A stretch of DNA of 64,000 nt from an uncultured virus (IMG/VR IMGVR_UViG_2846902752_000010). Taxonomy: Duplodnaviria; Heunggongvirae; Uroviricota; Caudoviricetes. Below the pieces are notes generated by a model that saw nothing but the letters and a program-made list of their open reading frames with translations, was not told the origin of the DNA and searched no databases. The stretch lies in IMG/VR virus record IMGVR_UViG_2846902752_000010. One strand, given 5' to 3'. Below are positions 1 through 10,457 of this stretch, piece after piece. The first letter of the stretch is position 1; the number at the start of each line of letters is the position of its first letter. The position numbers were made by a program, and so were the translations under genes.

Positions 1-112
1 GTTGTGTGCTCTTTTTATCTGACAGAGGGTGTGTTGATATTTTTGTTATTTACCGGAAAAGCGTACCGCAGGACTGTCAGACATGGCAACATTTAACAAT
101 GCAGGAAGTAAA

Positions 113-138
113 CGGCGGGAAAACAATATTTCCCGCCG
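113..138 (-). terminator. Hairpin terminator after tail fibre gene
   Basis: CGGCGGGAAA...TTTCCCGCCG inverted repeat just downstream of the fibre stop; short T tract on minus strand. Confidence 0.6.
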
Positions 139-165
139 GTATGCATACGTACTGAACTAAAATAC

Positions 166-1410
166 TTATTTTGTCCGGTACCAGCCCATTAATGTAATGT
201 AAGCGTTGACGACTGAAATTAATGAACCACTGCCCGTGTTTCCTGTTGTGCCGGAGATGGTGTGGGTATGTGCGCCAATTGCTACGGTATGACTATGGTT
301 ACCGGCAGAATCCATAGCTCCGGAGCTTTTTCCCGTCCAATCCCAACCTGCAGACGCCTGACCGTTTGCAGGACTATTATTTCCTCCCTGATGACATAAC
401 GTCATCGCGTGAATATGGTTACCCGCAGTATTCGTTGTCTTCGTCCCGTAATCAAAACTCGACGTAGTTCCGGAGAAACTATGGCTGTGTGCCGGTAAAT
501 GGGCAGCGGTTAATGTAATATTATCACTGCCGCCGCTGGTCAGCACATTACTGCCACCGCTGTTTGCCAGCCGGATTGTTTTATTTTCACCGATATAGGA
601 CCAGGATGTTCCCGGAAATAAGTCGTTCGGGTTTTTATTTTGCGCAAACCAAATGACGACACCGACAGGATAAATCGTATCGATATTTACCGCGTTTTTC
701 AGTACTTCCGTTACAGCATTCTGACTCATGACTGATGTGGATGAATTGCCGGTATTCTGCACGACTGCGGTTTTATCCATCTTTTTATTCAGATCCGCGT
801 TAAGCGCATATTCCCCCGCCGGCTGATAATTTCCTTTCGGCTGATAACGGCCATCACCTTCTGTTTTGGTATAAACATCGGTTTTTAAGGCGTAATTCCC
901 GGCCGGGGCATAATTGCCTTTTGGCTGGAAGTGAGTATCAGATTCCGCTTTGGAATAACTGTAACCTTCCGGCAGATAATTCCCCGCAGGCTGGAATTTC
1001 TGGTCAGATTCCCCTTTGCTGTAAGCGCCCACCTCTCCGGCGGTCAGATCTGCTTTCAGTTCTGCCCATGCCGTTCCGGTAACCGGTTCGGTGGTGTTAT
1101 TTTCAACCTTTGACTGCCAGGTTTTGTTTTTGTGGTACACAACGCTGCGGACAGCATACGGTTTACCGGCTTCCTGCCAGACCGGAGCACCGAAGGACTG
1201 CATTTCACCGACCGCTTCCGTGATATCGTGGAACAGGCTGTTCATCTTCTCGCGCTCGATATCTTTGGCCGCCGGATCCGTGGCCTGGTCACGCTCGTAG
1301 TCATACCCGTAACCCTGGGTATAGGAAACCGCGCCGTCGGCCCGGACTTCATCAGGAATAGCAGTGCGGTCCCCTTGTGTTGCAAAGGGGACTTTAAATA
1401 ATTTAGTCAT
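166..1410 (-). CDS. Tail fibre of contractile tail cluster
   Basis: Last gene after baseplate; N-terminal VPFATQGD baseplate-binding region; internal YQPKGNY repeats; C-terminal HxH motifs (HSH, HIH, HTH) as in metal-binding fibre tips. Confidence 0.85.
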   Translation of the reverse strand: MTKLFKVPFATQGDRTAIPDEVRADGAVSYTQGYGYDYERDQATDPAAKDIEREKMNSLFHDITEAVGEMQSFGAPVWQEAGKPYAVRSVVYHKNKTWQSKVENNTTEPVTGTAWAELKADLTAGEVGAYSKGESDQKFQPAGNYLPEGYSYSKAESDTHFQPKGNYAPAGNYALKTDVYTKTEGDGRYQPKGNYQPAGEYALNADLNKKMDKTAVVQNTGNSSTSVMSQNAVTEVLKNAVNIDTIYPVGVVIWFAQNKNPNDLFPGTSWSYIGENKTIRLANSGGSNVLTSGGSDNITLTAAHLPAHSHSFSGTTSSFDYGTKTTNTAGNHIHAMTLCHQGGNNSPANGQASAGWDWTGKSSGAMDSAGNHSHTVAIGAHTHTISGTTGNTGSGSLISVVNAYITLMGWYRTK

Positions 1411-1415
1411 ACGTT

Positions 1416-2078
1416 TTATGCTCCGAAGTTACTGCTCAGGAAGTTTTTCCGGTTTTCACCGTGACCAAAGGCTTTTTTGGTCACAATCCGGTATTTGACG
1501 CCGACACCGGACGGGCGCGGCATAAGATCGAAGTTCTCCAGCAGAACGCGCAGGCGTTCATCCGGATTAAAATTAAACACGTAATACAGATAGGTCATAT
1601 CCAGCGGATCGAGCACAAATACCCTGCTGTCTTTATTGCCGAAGAACCGTTCGAGAAATTCATTAATATTGCTGACGGTCGGGCTTTGCGTCAGATTGAA
1701 ATAACGCATGCGGATAATCAGCCGTTTTTGTTCCTGTGTCAGTGACAGTGTGTAATCGCTGTTACGCCGGAAATTCGCCCTGAAATTGGCCTTTTTATTA
1801 CCGAAACCGGTACCGATTTTTGTTTTATCATCCGGGGGGATATCCACACCAAGCGGGACATCCAGGATCCGCGCCCAGATACCAAGGCCAAAATCAGTGG
1901 CGGTATCGATATTAAACACATCGTTATACCAGTTCTGCCAGAAGCTGACGGTCGCCCGCTCAAACCAGTCCGATTTATGACGGGCCAGCGCTTTCAGGTT
2001 TTCCGCCTCTTCGTACTGCCATAACAATGCCCGCAGCAGATCTGAATGAAATGAAAACGACTGAATGGAGTCTGTCAT
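1416..2078 (-). CDS. Baseplate wedge protein (DUF2612-like)
   Basis: FNIDTATDFGLGIWARIL motif; between baseplate J and fibre. Confidence 0.8.
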   Translation of the reverse strand: MTDSIQSFSFHSDLLRALLWQYEEAENLKALARHKSDWFERATVSFWQNWYNDVFNIDTATDFGLGIWARILDVPLGVDIPPDDKTKIGTGFGNKKANFRANFRRNSDYTLSLTQEQKRLIIRMRYFNLTQSPTVSNINEFLERFFGNKDSRVFVLDPLDMTYLYYVFNFNPDERLRVLLENFDLMPRPSGVGVKYRIVTKKAFGHGENRKNFLSSNFGA

Positions 2079-3262
2079 ACAAACACCACCTGAACCGCAC
2101 TGCGGTTAATTTTGGCGACTTCCGTCAGTTTTACCGGATAAATATCCGGTGACCAGTGTGTGCCGTCTGCGGATAATTCAATACGTTTGATAAACAACCG
2201 GGGCTCAGCGGCATTAATACCGGCAGAAATCTCAAACGGTGAAACTTCCCGCCCGGTCACCAGCCCGCCATCCCCTTCGGTATCCCCGTTTGCCCAGGCT
2301 TCCACCGCTGCCGGGATAAGCGTTTGCGCATCCAGAGAGGTTTTTTTGACCGTCACACGACAAAACAGCACCACTTCTTTTGCGCGATCGAATTTTACCG
2401 TGTAAACCTGCCCGCTGACCGGCTCCGTCACCTCAACCTCCTCACTGCCGTTATAGGCGGCACCGATGGTTTTGGTTCGCAGCAGTGCGGCGGCAATTTC
2501 CTGACTCTCCCCGCCCTCGACGCAGACATACACACTGTGCGGCACAAGCGTGATGCCATCCGCTGCCATCGGGATATTGGTGTAATTTTCCCGGTATGCC
2601 AGAGAGCGGACGCCCTCCAGTTCATACAATGCGGAAGTCATAGCCTCACCGACACTGACCGTATTTTTTGCCAGCGTCAGTTTACGGCGGCGTCGGGACT
2701 GCAAATCGGACTCCGCAATCCGGCCGGTAACCGCACCGGTCGGGCTAGTGACCGTTTCCCACCCGAGAACAGAACTGGCCACCGTCATCAGCTGCCCGGC
2801 CGGACACTCCACGGGACCGGTTTCAACCGCACGCATATCGCCGCTGACAGTCCCGTTTTTGCCGATAATCAGCGATTTTGTGGTAAAAAATGCGTCACCG
2901 GCCAGTGTTTCCGCCAGTGACCCTTTCGGAATGATGGTGCCCGGCACACCGCCGAACTGTACCTGCGTCAGGATCGAGCGGGTGGCATCCCGGCGCTGCC
3001 CTCCCATCAGTGCCCAGATAGCATCCAGAAACACGCCTCCGGCAAGATCCGGGTTTATCTGATTTGCCAGTTCTGCATTATTACGCACAATAGCATCACG
3101 ATTCTCCGTTTCCATCGTGATCAGTACCCCCTGCGGGGTTTCCGGCGAAACATCCAGATCCTGACCAAACACCGCCTTAAACTCATTTTCAACGGCTGTG
3201 CGCTGCTCAGCAGTATCCGGGATAATCACACCGGATGAGGTAATATAATTATATTCAGCCAT
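2075..3262 (-). CDS. Baseplate J/gp47 family protein
   Basis: 395 aa; PETPQG, ESDLQSRRR and PHSVYVCVEGG motifs; synteny. Confidence 0.85.
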   Translation of the reverse strand: MAEYNYITSSGVIIPDTAEQRTAVENEFKAVFGQDLDVSPETPQGVLITMETENRDAIVRNNAELANQINPDLAGGVFLDAIWALMGGQRRDATRSILTQVQFGGVPGTIIPKGSLAETLAGDAFFTTKSLIIGKNGTVSGDMRAVETGPVECPAGQLMTVASSVLGWETVTSPTGAVTGRIAESDLQSRRRRKLTLAKNTVSVGEAMTSALYELEGVRSLAYRENYTNIPMAADGITLVPHSVYVCVEGGESQEIAAALLRTKTIGAAYNGSEEVEVTEPVSGQVYTVKFDRAKEVVLFCRVTVKKTSLDAQTLIPAAVEAWANGDTEGDGGLVTGREVSPFEISAGINAAEPRLFIKRIELSADGTHWSPDIYPVKLTEVAKINRSAVQVVFV

Positions 3263-3599
3263 TTAACCTGATACTCCCGTATTCAGTCTGTAAAACAGCG
3301 GTATAGCTCAGATTGTTATCTTTCAGCGTGGCCGCGAATGAAATCACTTCTGTGACCTGCGGGATCTCCCCTATCCGTTCACGGAATGCGGTTTCAAACA
3401 CCGGCAGATCCGCCTGCCGCCCGAACGTGGTTTTCCGGTACGGAATGCCCTTGTCCTGCTTATGCAGCATTTCGCCGCGCAGTGCTTTGATATACTGAGC
3501 ACAGCTGTTTTTTACTGCCTGTTCATCGCGGGCGATGGCGAGATTACCGTCTCCCCCGGTGAACAGATCATTATTTTCACTGACATCAAATGTCATCAT
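3255..3599 (-). CDS. Baseplate sheath initiator (gp25/gpW-like)
   Basis: 114 aa; GEM...GIPY motif; C-terminal TEYG; precedes baseplate J. Confidence 0.75.
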   Translation of the reverse strand: MMTFDVSENNDLFTGGDGNLAIARDEQAVKNSCAQYIKALRGEMLHKQDKGIPYRKTTFGRQADLPVFETAFRERIGEIPQVTEVISFAATLKDNNLSYTAVLQTEYGSIRLNG

Positions 3600-4288
3600 A
3601 GCGGTTCTCCTGAATCCTCATGTCCGCGCTGAATACCGCTGTGTTTGTGGGTTGAACCGATGTCTTTGCCGTTATGTTTCAGGGTGCCGCCTGCCGCATT
3701 ACTATCACCATTCACAGCGTGATTACCGTTAATAGTCACATTCCCGGTATAAATGGTTTCCGGCGCATTAACCTCAAACAACGGCGTAGCCAGTACGGCT
3801 TTATCCCCGTGCAGCGATAAACACACAGCACCATCCGCAGACTGCACCACCAGGGCATCCGTATTTTTTCCGTCGATTACCCAGCCTTTGAGCGTATCGG
3901 GAAAAAACATAGCATCACTGAATGTGTGCAGACGTGCGGTATTGGGTTCGTCTTCCAGTCCGCCGCGCTGGAAAACCAGACTGATATCCCGGTCATTGGC
4001 TTTCAGCCAGCCGAAATCCCCCGGCTTTACCGGCATGCGGATAAAAAAACCGCCGCCGCCGAAGCGAAACACCGGAATATTAGCCAGCGCACCGCGCCCG
4101 ACTTTCTTTCCGGCGGTCGTCACCATCATCACCAGCGGTTTCACCACAGCCCGGTTGCTGGTGTCGTCATAACTGACCACCGTGGCCGGCAGCATGTCGT
4201 CAATATTCATCAGCAGACTGCGGAACGCAGCCGAAAATTGCCCGGCCAGACTGCCGTCACTGGCCATATCACTATTAGGTTTATTCAT
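3596..4288 (-). CDS. Baseplate central spike (Gp138-like)
   Basis: OB-fold-like N-terminus (PATVVSYD, PVKPGDFG); C-terminal HKH iron-binding tip; likely start ATG 4288. Confidence 0.85.
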   Translation of the reverse strand: MNKPNSDMASDGSLAGQFSAAFRSLLMNIDDMLPATVVSYDDTSNRAVVKPLVMMVTTAGKKVGRGALANIPVFRFGGGGFFIRMPVKPGDFGWLKANDRDISLVFQRGGLEDEPNTARLHTFSDAMFFPDTLKGWVIDGKNTDALVVQSADGAVCLSLHGDKAVLATPLFEVNAPETIYTGNVTINGNHAVNGDSNAAGGTLKHNGKDIGSTHKHSGIQRGHEDSGEPL

Positions 4289-4304
4289 GGTTTTGCCCGT
4301 GTCG

Positions 4305-5123
4305 TCAGGCCCGTTTGCAGGTTGCCGTGTAGAAAAAGGCATCCTCATGTGAGGCGATATCAAATTTCAGCTGCTCGATGATGTAATCTCCGTTCAGCGA
4401 AGGGTTGAATTTGCTGTTCAGCCGCAGCATACCGCCGAGGCAGGATTCACCGTCGATCAGATATGACACTTCAAGCCCTTTTTCCGTCGCTTTCGGGATC
4501 CCGATCATGCCGGTTTTCTGACTCAGAATGCGCAGTTTGCCGGACAGCGCTTTGTCCCTGTCTTTCACATACAGCACATCGTCATCAATAAAGGCTTTCA
4601 CATTCCCGGCGTCCTGCAGCCGCTCAATCTGCTTCAGTGCGGGACCGCAAAAATACCAGTTGGCGACATTTTTATCGGTCGCCTGGAAATCCAGTGAAAC
4701 GTGGCAGTCTTTTGCGATTTTTGCAGCGATCTCACTCATTTTTGACATCGCCTCCCCGCCGGAGGTCACAATATCGCGGGTGCCGGCATTGCCGGTTTTG
4801 GCTTTCAGCGTCAGTGTCACATCCGGTGGTGATGCAATTTCCGCGCTGACAATATCGCCGGTAAAGATGCGGAATACGCCGGTACTGCGCCGCCCGGCTT
4901 CCAGGATGATCCGGTGCGGCGTTTTGCTCTCCGTAAAGGGACTGGTTTCCGTCAGCAGCATGTTACGGGTTTGTGTATTCAGGCCATCAATGCTGAATGA
5001 ACAGTCATTCTGTAACGGATTGGCGTATTTCGTGCCCGAAGCATGCATGCGCATGCCCTCATACCATTGCAGACGACCGTTAACTTCGATGGCACAGCGG
5101 ATCCTGCGTAAGTCAATCATCAT
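4305..5123 (-). CDS. Baseplate hub protein
   Basis: 272 aa; LEAGR...IFTGDI and TGMIGIP motifs; upstream of spike. Confidence 0.75.
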   Translation of the reverse strand: MMIDLRRIRCAIEVNGRLQWYEGMRMHASGTKYANPLQNDCSFSIDGLNTQTRNMLLTETSPFTESKTPHRIILEAGRRSTGVFRIFTGDIVSAEIASPPDVTLTLKAKTGNAGTRDIVTSGGEAMSKMSEIAAKIAKDCHVSLDFQATDKNVANWYFCGPALKQIERLQDAGNVKAFIDDDVLYVKDRDKALSGKLRILSQKTGMIGIPKATEKGLEVSYLIDGESCLGGMLRLNSKFNPSLNGDYIIEQLKFDIASHEDAFFYTATCKRA

Positions 5124-5406
5124 CCCCCCGCCAGACCAGTGTCTGTGTTTTTCCGAACTGTTCCCACCAGGGTAATGCGTCCCCGCCGGTCAGTAACGTA
5201 AAATTGCCGCCGGACGTAAGATAGCGGTACGGGATCAGCGGCTGATCCGGCAGCATCCGCATCCCCTGCACAACAATCTCATCATCGCAGCGGATATCAC
5301 AGCACATCACTCCGTGCGCGGTTTTGATTGTCAGTTCCCATTCCTGTTCACCCAGCGTGACCCGCAGGCGCTGATTCGGCACAGTATTCAGTGGTATAAT
5401 TTTCAT
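5113..5406 (-). CDS. Small baseplate protein
   Basis: IPLNTVPNQ start typical of this myovirus baseplate slot; overlapping neighbours. Confidence 0.65.
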   Translation of the reverse strand: MKIIPLNTVPNQRLRVTLGEQEWELTIKTAHGVMCCDIRCDDEIVVQGMRMLPDQPLIPYRYLTSGGNFTLLTGGDALPWWEQFGKTQTLVWRGDDD

Positions 5407-5942
5407 TTGCCCCCCGGTTTACCGGCAGCCCCGCCGGCAAGTTTGACGGCAACAGAGCTTTTTTTCACCGGTGGCGGTACCGCCGTCTGAGCCTGCACTT
5501 TGCCGCAGTTCATCGTGCTGCTCTGTTTTTTCTTCACCACCTTGCGCGGCGGTAACTCACCGTATTCCGGTTCAATCACCCGCCACTCGGTAAAGGTCAG
5601 CGAGAGGCTGAGGCCATCGGCCATTTCCGGATTTTCATCATGGGTAAAAGAGGTGATCAGCATCGGCCCGTAGGCCCTCACCCTGGTCTGAATACACACC
5701 AGCTTGTGGCAGTCATACGCTTGCTGTATTGCCTTAAACTCATCTTCTGTTTCACCGGTGAGCATTAAATCCATACTGATAGTCACCGCATTAACCACAA
5801 CATGATCATTGCGGGTTTCACCGGATTCCACCTGAAACGATGTGGCTTTATGGGTATCAGTAACCGTCAGTTTCACCGGGCTTGCTGAATCAAACAGCGT
5901 GGCAAATGAGTTCACATCAAAGATTTTGACTTCTGTTATCAT
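5403..5942 (-). CDS. Dit-like/tube-initiator baseplate protein
   Basis: Follows tape measure; VESGETRNDH motif. Confidence 0.7.
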   Translation of the reverse strand: MITEVKIFDVNSFATLFDSASPVKLTVTDTHKATSFQVESGETRNDHVVVNAVTISMDLMLTGETEDEFKAIQQAYDCHKLVCIQTRVRAYGPMLITSFTHDENPEMADGLSLSLTFTEWRVIEPEYGELPPRKVVKKKQSSTMNCGKVQAQTAVPPPVKKSSVAVKLAGGAAGKPGGK

Positions 5943-7909
5943 TTCTCCATCCCCGAATTATATTCATGTCCCATATTTTCGATGTGCTGCCGCAGCACCT
6001 CAACGATATCTGCCGCAATGGTCTGCGGATCACCGTCTTTGGCAACGATACGGAGCTCACCGATAGAGACATTACTTTCATTGCTGACCGCAGACTGATT
6101 ACTGATCGTTCCGCTGGTCAGAGATGCCATCGGGCTGGCCGCCAGCGTGGTGACATGGCCGGTGATTTGTCCGGCAAGTTTCAGCGTTTCCTCTTCACTG
6201 AGAGGCGGGGTTTCCGGGATGCTGTACTCCAGTTTGCCCTTCGTGGTGACGGTACGGTTAACCTTCTGCTCGATCTCTGCCGAATCCCCCATGCCGACCC
6301 AGCCTTTCACTGTACTCCAGCCCTCTTTGACCAGATCCATCCCTTTACTGATCCAGCCGAGGATCTCCTCAATCTGCTCCCACAGCCATGTGAAGATACC
6401 GACAACCGCATCTGACACGGTATCAAAGACCGCTTCAAATTCAGCGCCCCAGGCCATCACCCCCTGAATACTGACTGTCAGCCAGTCAATAAACTCATTG
6501 AGTGCCGTGTTCATGGTGTTGTAAGCCGCGACGACATTATCCGCCACAACGCCAATCACCGACATGATGAAGTCAAACAGGACGACAAATGCCTCCCACA
6601 CTGTGAGAATGACCGCTTTCAGCCCCGGATAACTGTCGAGTATCCGTCCGATCATCGAGTCGTTACCGTCGATGAAATTCATGATGTCGTCATACACCAG
6701 CGCAAAAACCGCGGCCAGCAGAAGGATCCCCGCCACCACCGCCATAACCGGCAGCATGGCGGTCCATGTACTGATCTGTGCCAGTTTCATGGCGTGCACA
6801 TATTTGCCTGTCACGACGGCGGCCACCGCGATAAAAAAGCCGGTGACAAAGTTTTTGTTTTCTTTTGCAAAAACAACGATTTTTTCCAGCCAGTCCAGCC
6901 CCTGAGCCAGCACCGGGATCAGCATACCCATCAGGCTGTTTTTCAGGAGACCGGCGGATTGCTCCAGGCTCAGCATGGCATTGTTAAAACTGATGGATTG
7001 TTCAATACTCTCGCGGGTGATACCGCCATAGTCTTTCTGCGTTTCCATCATCCGGGATAGCTCTTCCCGCCCTTTCATCAGCAGCTCAATGGTGCCGTTA
7101 TCCTCAACACCCAGTCCGCCGAGCGTCTTTTTGGCCTCGCCGAATGACATGCCCTGCACTTTATCCGCAGTCTGTAACACTTTCTCCATCGAATCCCCGG
7201 CAAAACCGAATGATTTTGCCATCGCGGATAAATCGGCCTGTGCGGCACTGCGTGTTCCGCCAAGCGCAGCGACCGAACCGGAAAACGCATCCACATCCTG
7301 TGTGGTGATATTGATTTCTCTGCCCAGCTTATCAATGGATTCAATTTCAGCAGCGCGGGCTGCCGCATCACTGATAAGTCCGGTGATTGTCGTTGAAATA
7401 CCGGCGAAATTGAGGGATTTTTCTGCCAGCGCCGCAACGTTATCAAATGCACTCTGCCAGGCGGCATCCGAATCACTGAGAGCGCTCTGTACTTTTTTCT
7501 GAGCACCTGTTTCTGCCGCCGCTGCTGCCTCGCCGGTGCGCCGGGTTTCAGAGATGCTGTTCTGCAGCTCATCATGATTCTGCTTCAGCGCCTTAAATAC
7601 AGAGTCCGATTCCCCGCCGGTAAACTGCACCAGCGAGGTTACAATAGCACTCAGTTTCGTACTCATTTCACCGGTCTGTTTTGTCACTTCCCCGGCATTA
7701 CTCTCAAACTCAATATACTGTCCGCCGCTTACCTGCTCCTGCCACGGCCACATCTCTTTCAGCAGGCTGCCGAACGTCAGCGTGTTTTGCTGCGCCTGTT
7801 TTATATCGTCGACGATGTCATCCGTGGAACGCCGGAGATTATCAAGTGCGCCGTTTGTCTGACTGATATCAGATTCAATTAACTGAACAAAGGTTTCCGT
7901 CAGAGACAT
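5939..7909 (-). CDS. Tape measure protein of contractile tail
   Basis: 656 aa helical Ala-rich protein with hydrophobic central segments; follows chaperone. Confidence 0.8.
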   Translation of the reverse strand: MSLTETFVQLIESDISQTNGALDNLRRSTDDIVDDIKQAQQNTLTFGSLLKEMWPWQEQVSGGQYIEFESNAGEVTKQTGEMSTKLSAIVTSLVQFTGGESDSVFKALKQNHDELQNSISETRRTGEAAAAAETGAQKKVQSALSDSDAAWQSAFDNVAALAEKSLNFAGISTTITGLISDAAARAAEIESIDKLGREINITTQDVDAFSGSVAALGGTRSAAQADLSAMAKSFGFAGDSMEKVLQTADKVQGMSFGEAKKTLGGLGVEDNGTIELLMKGREELSRMMETQKDYGGITRESIEQSISFNNAMLSLEQSAGLLKNSLMGMLIPVLAQGLDWLEKIVVFAKENKNFVTGFFIAVAAVVTGKYVHAMKLAQISTWTAMLPVMAVVAGILLLAAVFALVYDDIMNFIDGNDSMIGRILDSYPGLKAVILTVWEAFVVLFDFIMSVIGVVADNVVAAYNTMNTALNEFIDWLTVSIQGVMAWGAEFEAVFDTVSDAVVGIFTWLWEQIEEILGWISKGMDLVKEGWSTVKGWVGMGDSAEIEQKVNRTVTTKGKLEYSIPETPPLSEEETLKLAGQITGHVTTLAASPMASLTSGTISNQSAVSNESNVSIGELRIVAKDGDPQTIAADIVEVLRQHIENMGHEYNSGMEK

Positions 7910-8145
7910 TATCTATCCTTTAAAGCGGCCAGCGCTTCGTTATATCTGTTGGTAATGGCGATTTCCCACAGATCCAGTGCCTCCTCCAGATCTACTGAGG
8001 TTTTGAGTTCGCTGAGGGTGGCGAGTTTTTCACTGATGATGACTGCAAAGAAGCTATCAGCGTTTTTATAACCGACGGGAGTGAACTGCCTGCCCTGCTG
8101 AGCAGGGAGGGGAGGAAACCCTGGCTCCCGCCTTTGCCGAAAAAA
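7909..8145 (-). CDS. Tail chaperone -1 frameshift extension (gpGT-like)
   Basis: Slippery T TTT TTC at 8145-8139; -1 frame open to a TAA overlapping the tape measure ATG (…LEEALDLWEIAITNRYNEALAALKDR*). Confidence 0.75.
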   Translation of the reverse strand, partial: FFRQRREPGFPPLPAQQGRQFTPVGYKNADSFFAVIISEKLATLSELKTSVDLEEALDLWEIAITNRYNEALAALKDR

Positions 8146-8450
8146 CTGGTGTTGTACTTCAGCATTTCCAGCTCAAGGCGGATCAGCGATTCCCCGTCCG
8201 GCACATGGTTATCAATCAGGGCCTGTGTTTTCAGCGGGATCTCTTCACCGCTGACCGGCACACACACATAGGCCATCATTTTCAGCATGGCATCTTTACT
8301 GACTTCGTAGTCACCGATTTTCGGGGCATTGGACAGCGGATATTTGGCGAGAATTTCCCGTCCGGTAATTGCCGGAAGACGGCTGATAATGAATGTTTTC
8401 TCAACACCGTCAGCATCTTTTACCGCCACTTCTTTAGGTTTGATCAGCAT
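7992..8450 (-). CDS. Tail assembly chaperone (gpG-like)
   Basis: Between tube and tape measure; contains slippery site. Confidence 0.75.
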   Translation of the reverse strand: MLIKPKEVAVKDADGVEKTFIISRLPAITGREILAKYPLSNAPKIGDYEVSKDAMLKMMAYVCVPVSGEEIPLKTQALIDNHVPDGESLIRLELEMLKYNTSFFGKGGSQGFLPSLLSRAGSSLPSVIKTLIASLQSSSVKNSPPSANSKPQ

Positions 8451-8464
8451 ATTTTTTTCCCGTA

Positions 8465-8486
8465 AAAAAAGCGGGCTTTCGCCCGC
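8465..8486 (-). terminator. Rho-independent terminator after tube gene
   Basis: GCGGGC-GAAA-GCCCGC hairpin followed by T7 on minus strand. Confidence 0.8.
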
Positions 8487-8492
8487 TCAGAA

Positions 8493-8945
8493 TTAACGAT
8501 TACGTGTAAAATCAAAATCCTGGAATACAAATGTGTACTGTTTGGATTTCAGACGACCCGCACCGGAGACAGAGCTTCCGCGGCTGCCGTTGGTGATACG
8601 GCCGTTACGTGCGGTGGTGGTCGAACCGTTACCGTAAGAGGCAACCATCGTGATGTTATCCCCGGCGGCGCGGCGGCCTCTTTTCGCTGTATTCGCGTCC
8701 AGCAGGATAGCCAGGTTCTGATCTTCCTCACTGCCCGCCGGTACGTTAATTGTTACCGTCTGCGGTGCCGGTGCTGACCAGCTCAGCAGGTTACCGTTGA
8801 TATCCACACCCGTTTTAACAATCTCTGTCGCCGGAAAGTCCAGCGGGTCCGCATCATCCGCAAAAGCGGTGATAAGAATACCGGACGGAAAGGTTTTGCT
8901 GGCTTTTACCACCAGCGCGAGACCGGTTGCTGATACTTCAATCAT
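8493..8945 (-). CDS. Tail tube protein
   Basis: 150 aa directly after sheath; FADDADP motif. Confidence 0.75.
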   Translation of the reverse strand: MIEVSATGLALVVKASKTFPSGILITAFADDADPLDFPATEIVKTGVDINGNLLSWSAPAPQTVTINVPAGSEEDQNLAILLDANTAKRGRRAAGDNITMVASYGNGSTTTARNGRITNGSRGSSVSGAGRLKSKQYTFVFQDFDFTRNR

Positions 8946-8960
8946 ATTTTTCTTCCTTAC

Positions 8961-10448
8961 TTACACTAAGTTATGTGAGCCTTCGACTTTACGGACCCAG
9001 TCGCCTTTGCCGTAAATCAGCACGTATTTCATGACATACTCCGGCAGACCACTTTTGCCGGTGTTTTCGGTGATTTTCGCGTCATACCAGTAACCTTTGT
9101 CCTGCACATCGTGCCAGGCCAGATCATCACCGGAAGCATCTGCCACTGCGATTTTCTGTACTTCCGTCAGGTTTTTACCGGCCAGAATAGTGCCGTTATC
9201 CAGCGCTTTGGTCACTGCACCGGCAATCACCATCAGCGCCTGCGCCTCACCGTCTTTGTTGGCCGGAACACCGCGGGTGGCCAGCAGAAGGCTGAACCAC
9301 TGCTGTGCGATATACGCTTTCAGCCACTGCTCGTTGGCGTGAACACTCATATCCAGCGGATCAGATGCTCCGCCGCACAGAAAGCCGCGCTGATAGAAAC
9401 GGATTTGCGAGCCGGCCACCGCCGTTTCGCCGTAATAGTTCACGAGCAGCTTGTCGAAGCGATCTGCATCCGCGTCTTTGGTCACCTGTGCCGGGAAGGT
9501 CACACCCAGCTGACGGAACATGTAGTTTGTCGCGGCATTCGTCCGGTCATAATCGGTCGCCGCCATCACTGCCATCGGCAGCGCCTGGATAAAGTAACCA
9601 TTGTCCGTTTTCAGGTTCAGACCAACAGATGCCGTACCTGCCAGCGCGGAATTTAATTCCTCTGCATTGCCGGTAGTCACACTGAGATGCAGCTGATATT
9701 TCACATTCTCACCGGCGACATACTGCGCCAGCGGCACAGCCTGCTCCGCGGGTAATTCAGTGAGGAACGTCGCACTGCCGAATGAATCAGATACCTGCTC
9801 TGCCACCATAAAGGCTTCCAGTGGTGTCTGCGCCGGATGCCCTTCTGATGACAGCCCGGAAGAAAGACCCATGGCATCCGCGAGGACGGAATACGCCACA
9901 CCGGCAGAGACATGCTCCTGTACACCACCGTTCAGTTCGAACGCATTCTTTTGCGCATTAAAAGTGAGATAGCTGCCCGCAAACTGCGGTTCGCTCTCAG
10001 CGTTCATTTTTGCCTGGATCAGTGAGGCAATATCGGCATAGGATTTGGCCGCCGATAAATCCAGATCCTTATAGTTTTTGGTGGTCTGACCGATGGTTAC
10101 GGAAAGTGTGCCGTCGGTGACGGCCGTCAGATCAGCCAGCGCGGCCGCTTTGACACCGAACAGTGCCGGTGTGCGTCCGACCGGCGCGTATGCGGCAATC
10201 TGCAGCTCTTTCGGTTTACTGACCGGTGCCGGACTGACATAACTGAAATACTGACGGGCAAACTGAGCTTCCGGTGAGTCAGCCCCCAGCAGTTCATCAA
10301 CCTGACCCGGAGCAAACTCCAGGACATGACCGGCAGGAATTTTCGGATCAGCAGAGAATAATCGTGCGGTCAGCTTACGCTCAGGCACAGCAGAAGCGCC
10401 GATGACCGCAGAGGCGATATCGACATAGCGTGTTTGTTTAATTGGCAT
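8961..10448 (-). CDS. Tail sheath protein (DUF3383-like)
   Basis: 495 aa; RYVDIASAVIG start; NYYGET and YGKGDWVRKVEGSH end. Confidence 0.85.
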   Translation of the reverse strand: MPIKQTRYVDIASAVIGASAVPERKLTARLFSADPKIPAGHVLEFAPGQVDELLGADSPEAQFARQYFSYVSPAPVSKPKELQIAAYAPVGRTPALFGVKAAALADLTAVTDGTLSVTIGQTTKNYKDLDLSAAKSYADIASLIQAKMNAESEPQFAGSYLTFNAQKNAFELNGGVQEHVSAGVAYSVLADAMGLSSGLSSEGHPAQTPLEAFMVAEQVSDSFGSATFLTELPAEQAVPLAQYVAGENVKYQLHLSVTTGNAEELNSALAGTASVGLNLKTDNGYFIQALPMAVMAATDYDRTNAATNYMFRQLGVTFPAQVTKDADADRFDKLLVNYYGETAVAGSQIRFYQRGFLCGGASDPLDMSVHANEQWLKAYIAQQWFSLLLATRGVPANKDGEAQALMVIAGAVTKALDNGTILAGKNLTEVQKIAVADASGDDLAWHDVQDKGYWYDAKITENTGKSGLPEYVMKYVLIYGKGDWVRKVEGSHNLV

Positions 10449-10457
10449 AGTAAAACC

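Noticed and set aside
800..1030. Tandem repeats (YQPKGNY-type) in the fibre gene as a CRISPR or DGR signal
   Set aside because: In-frame degenerate protein repeats; no spacers, cas genes or reverse transcriptase
931..10327. Numerous plus-strand and nested ORFs over the tail cluster
   Set aside because: Antisense shadows of a tightly packed minus-strand operon
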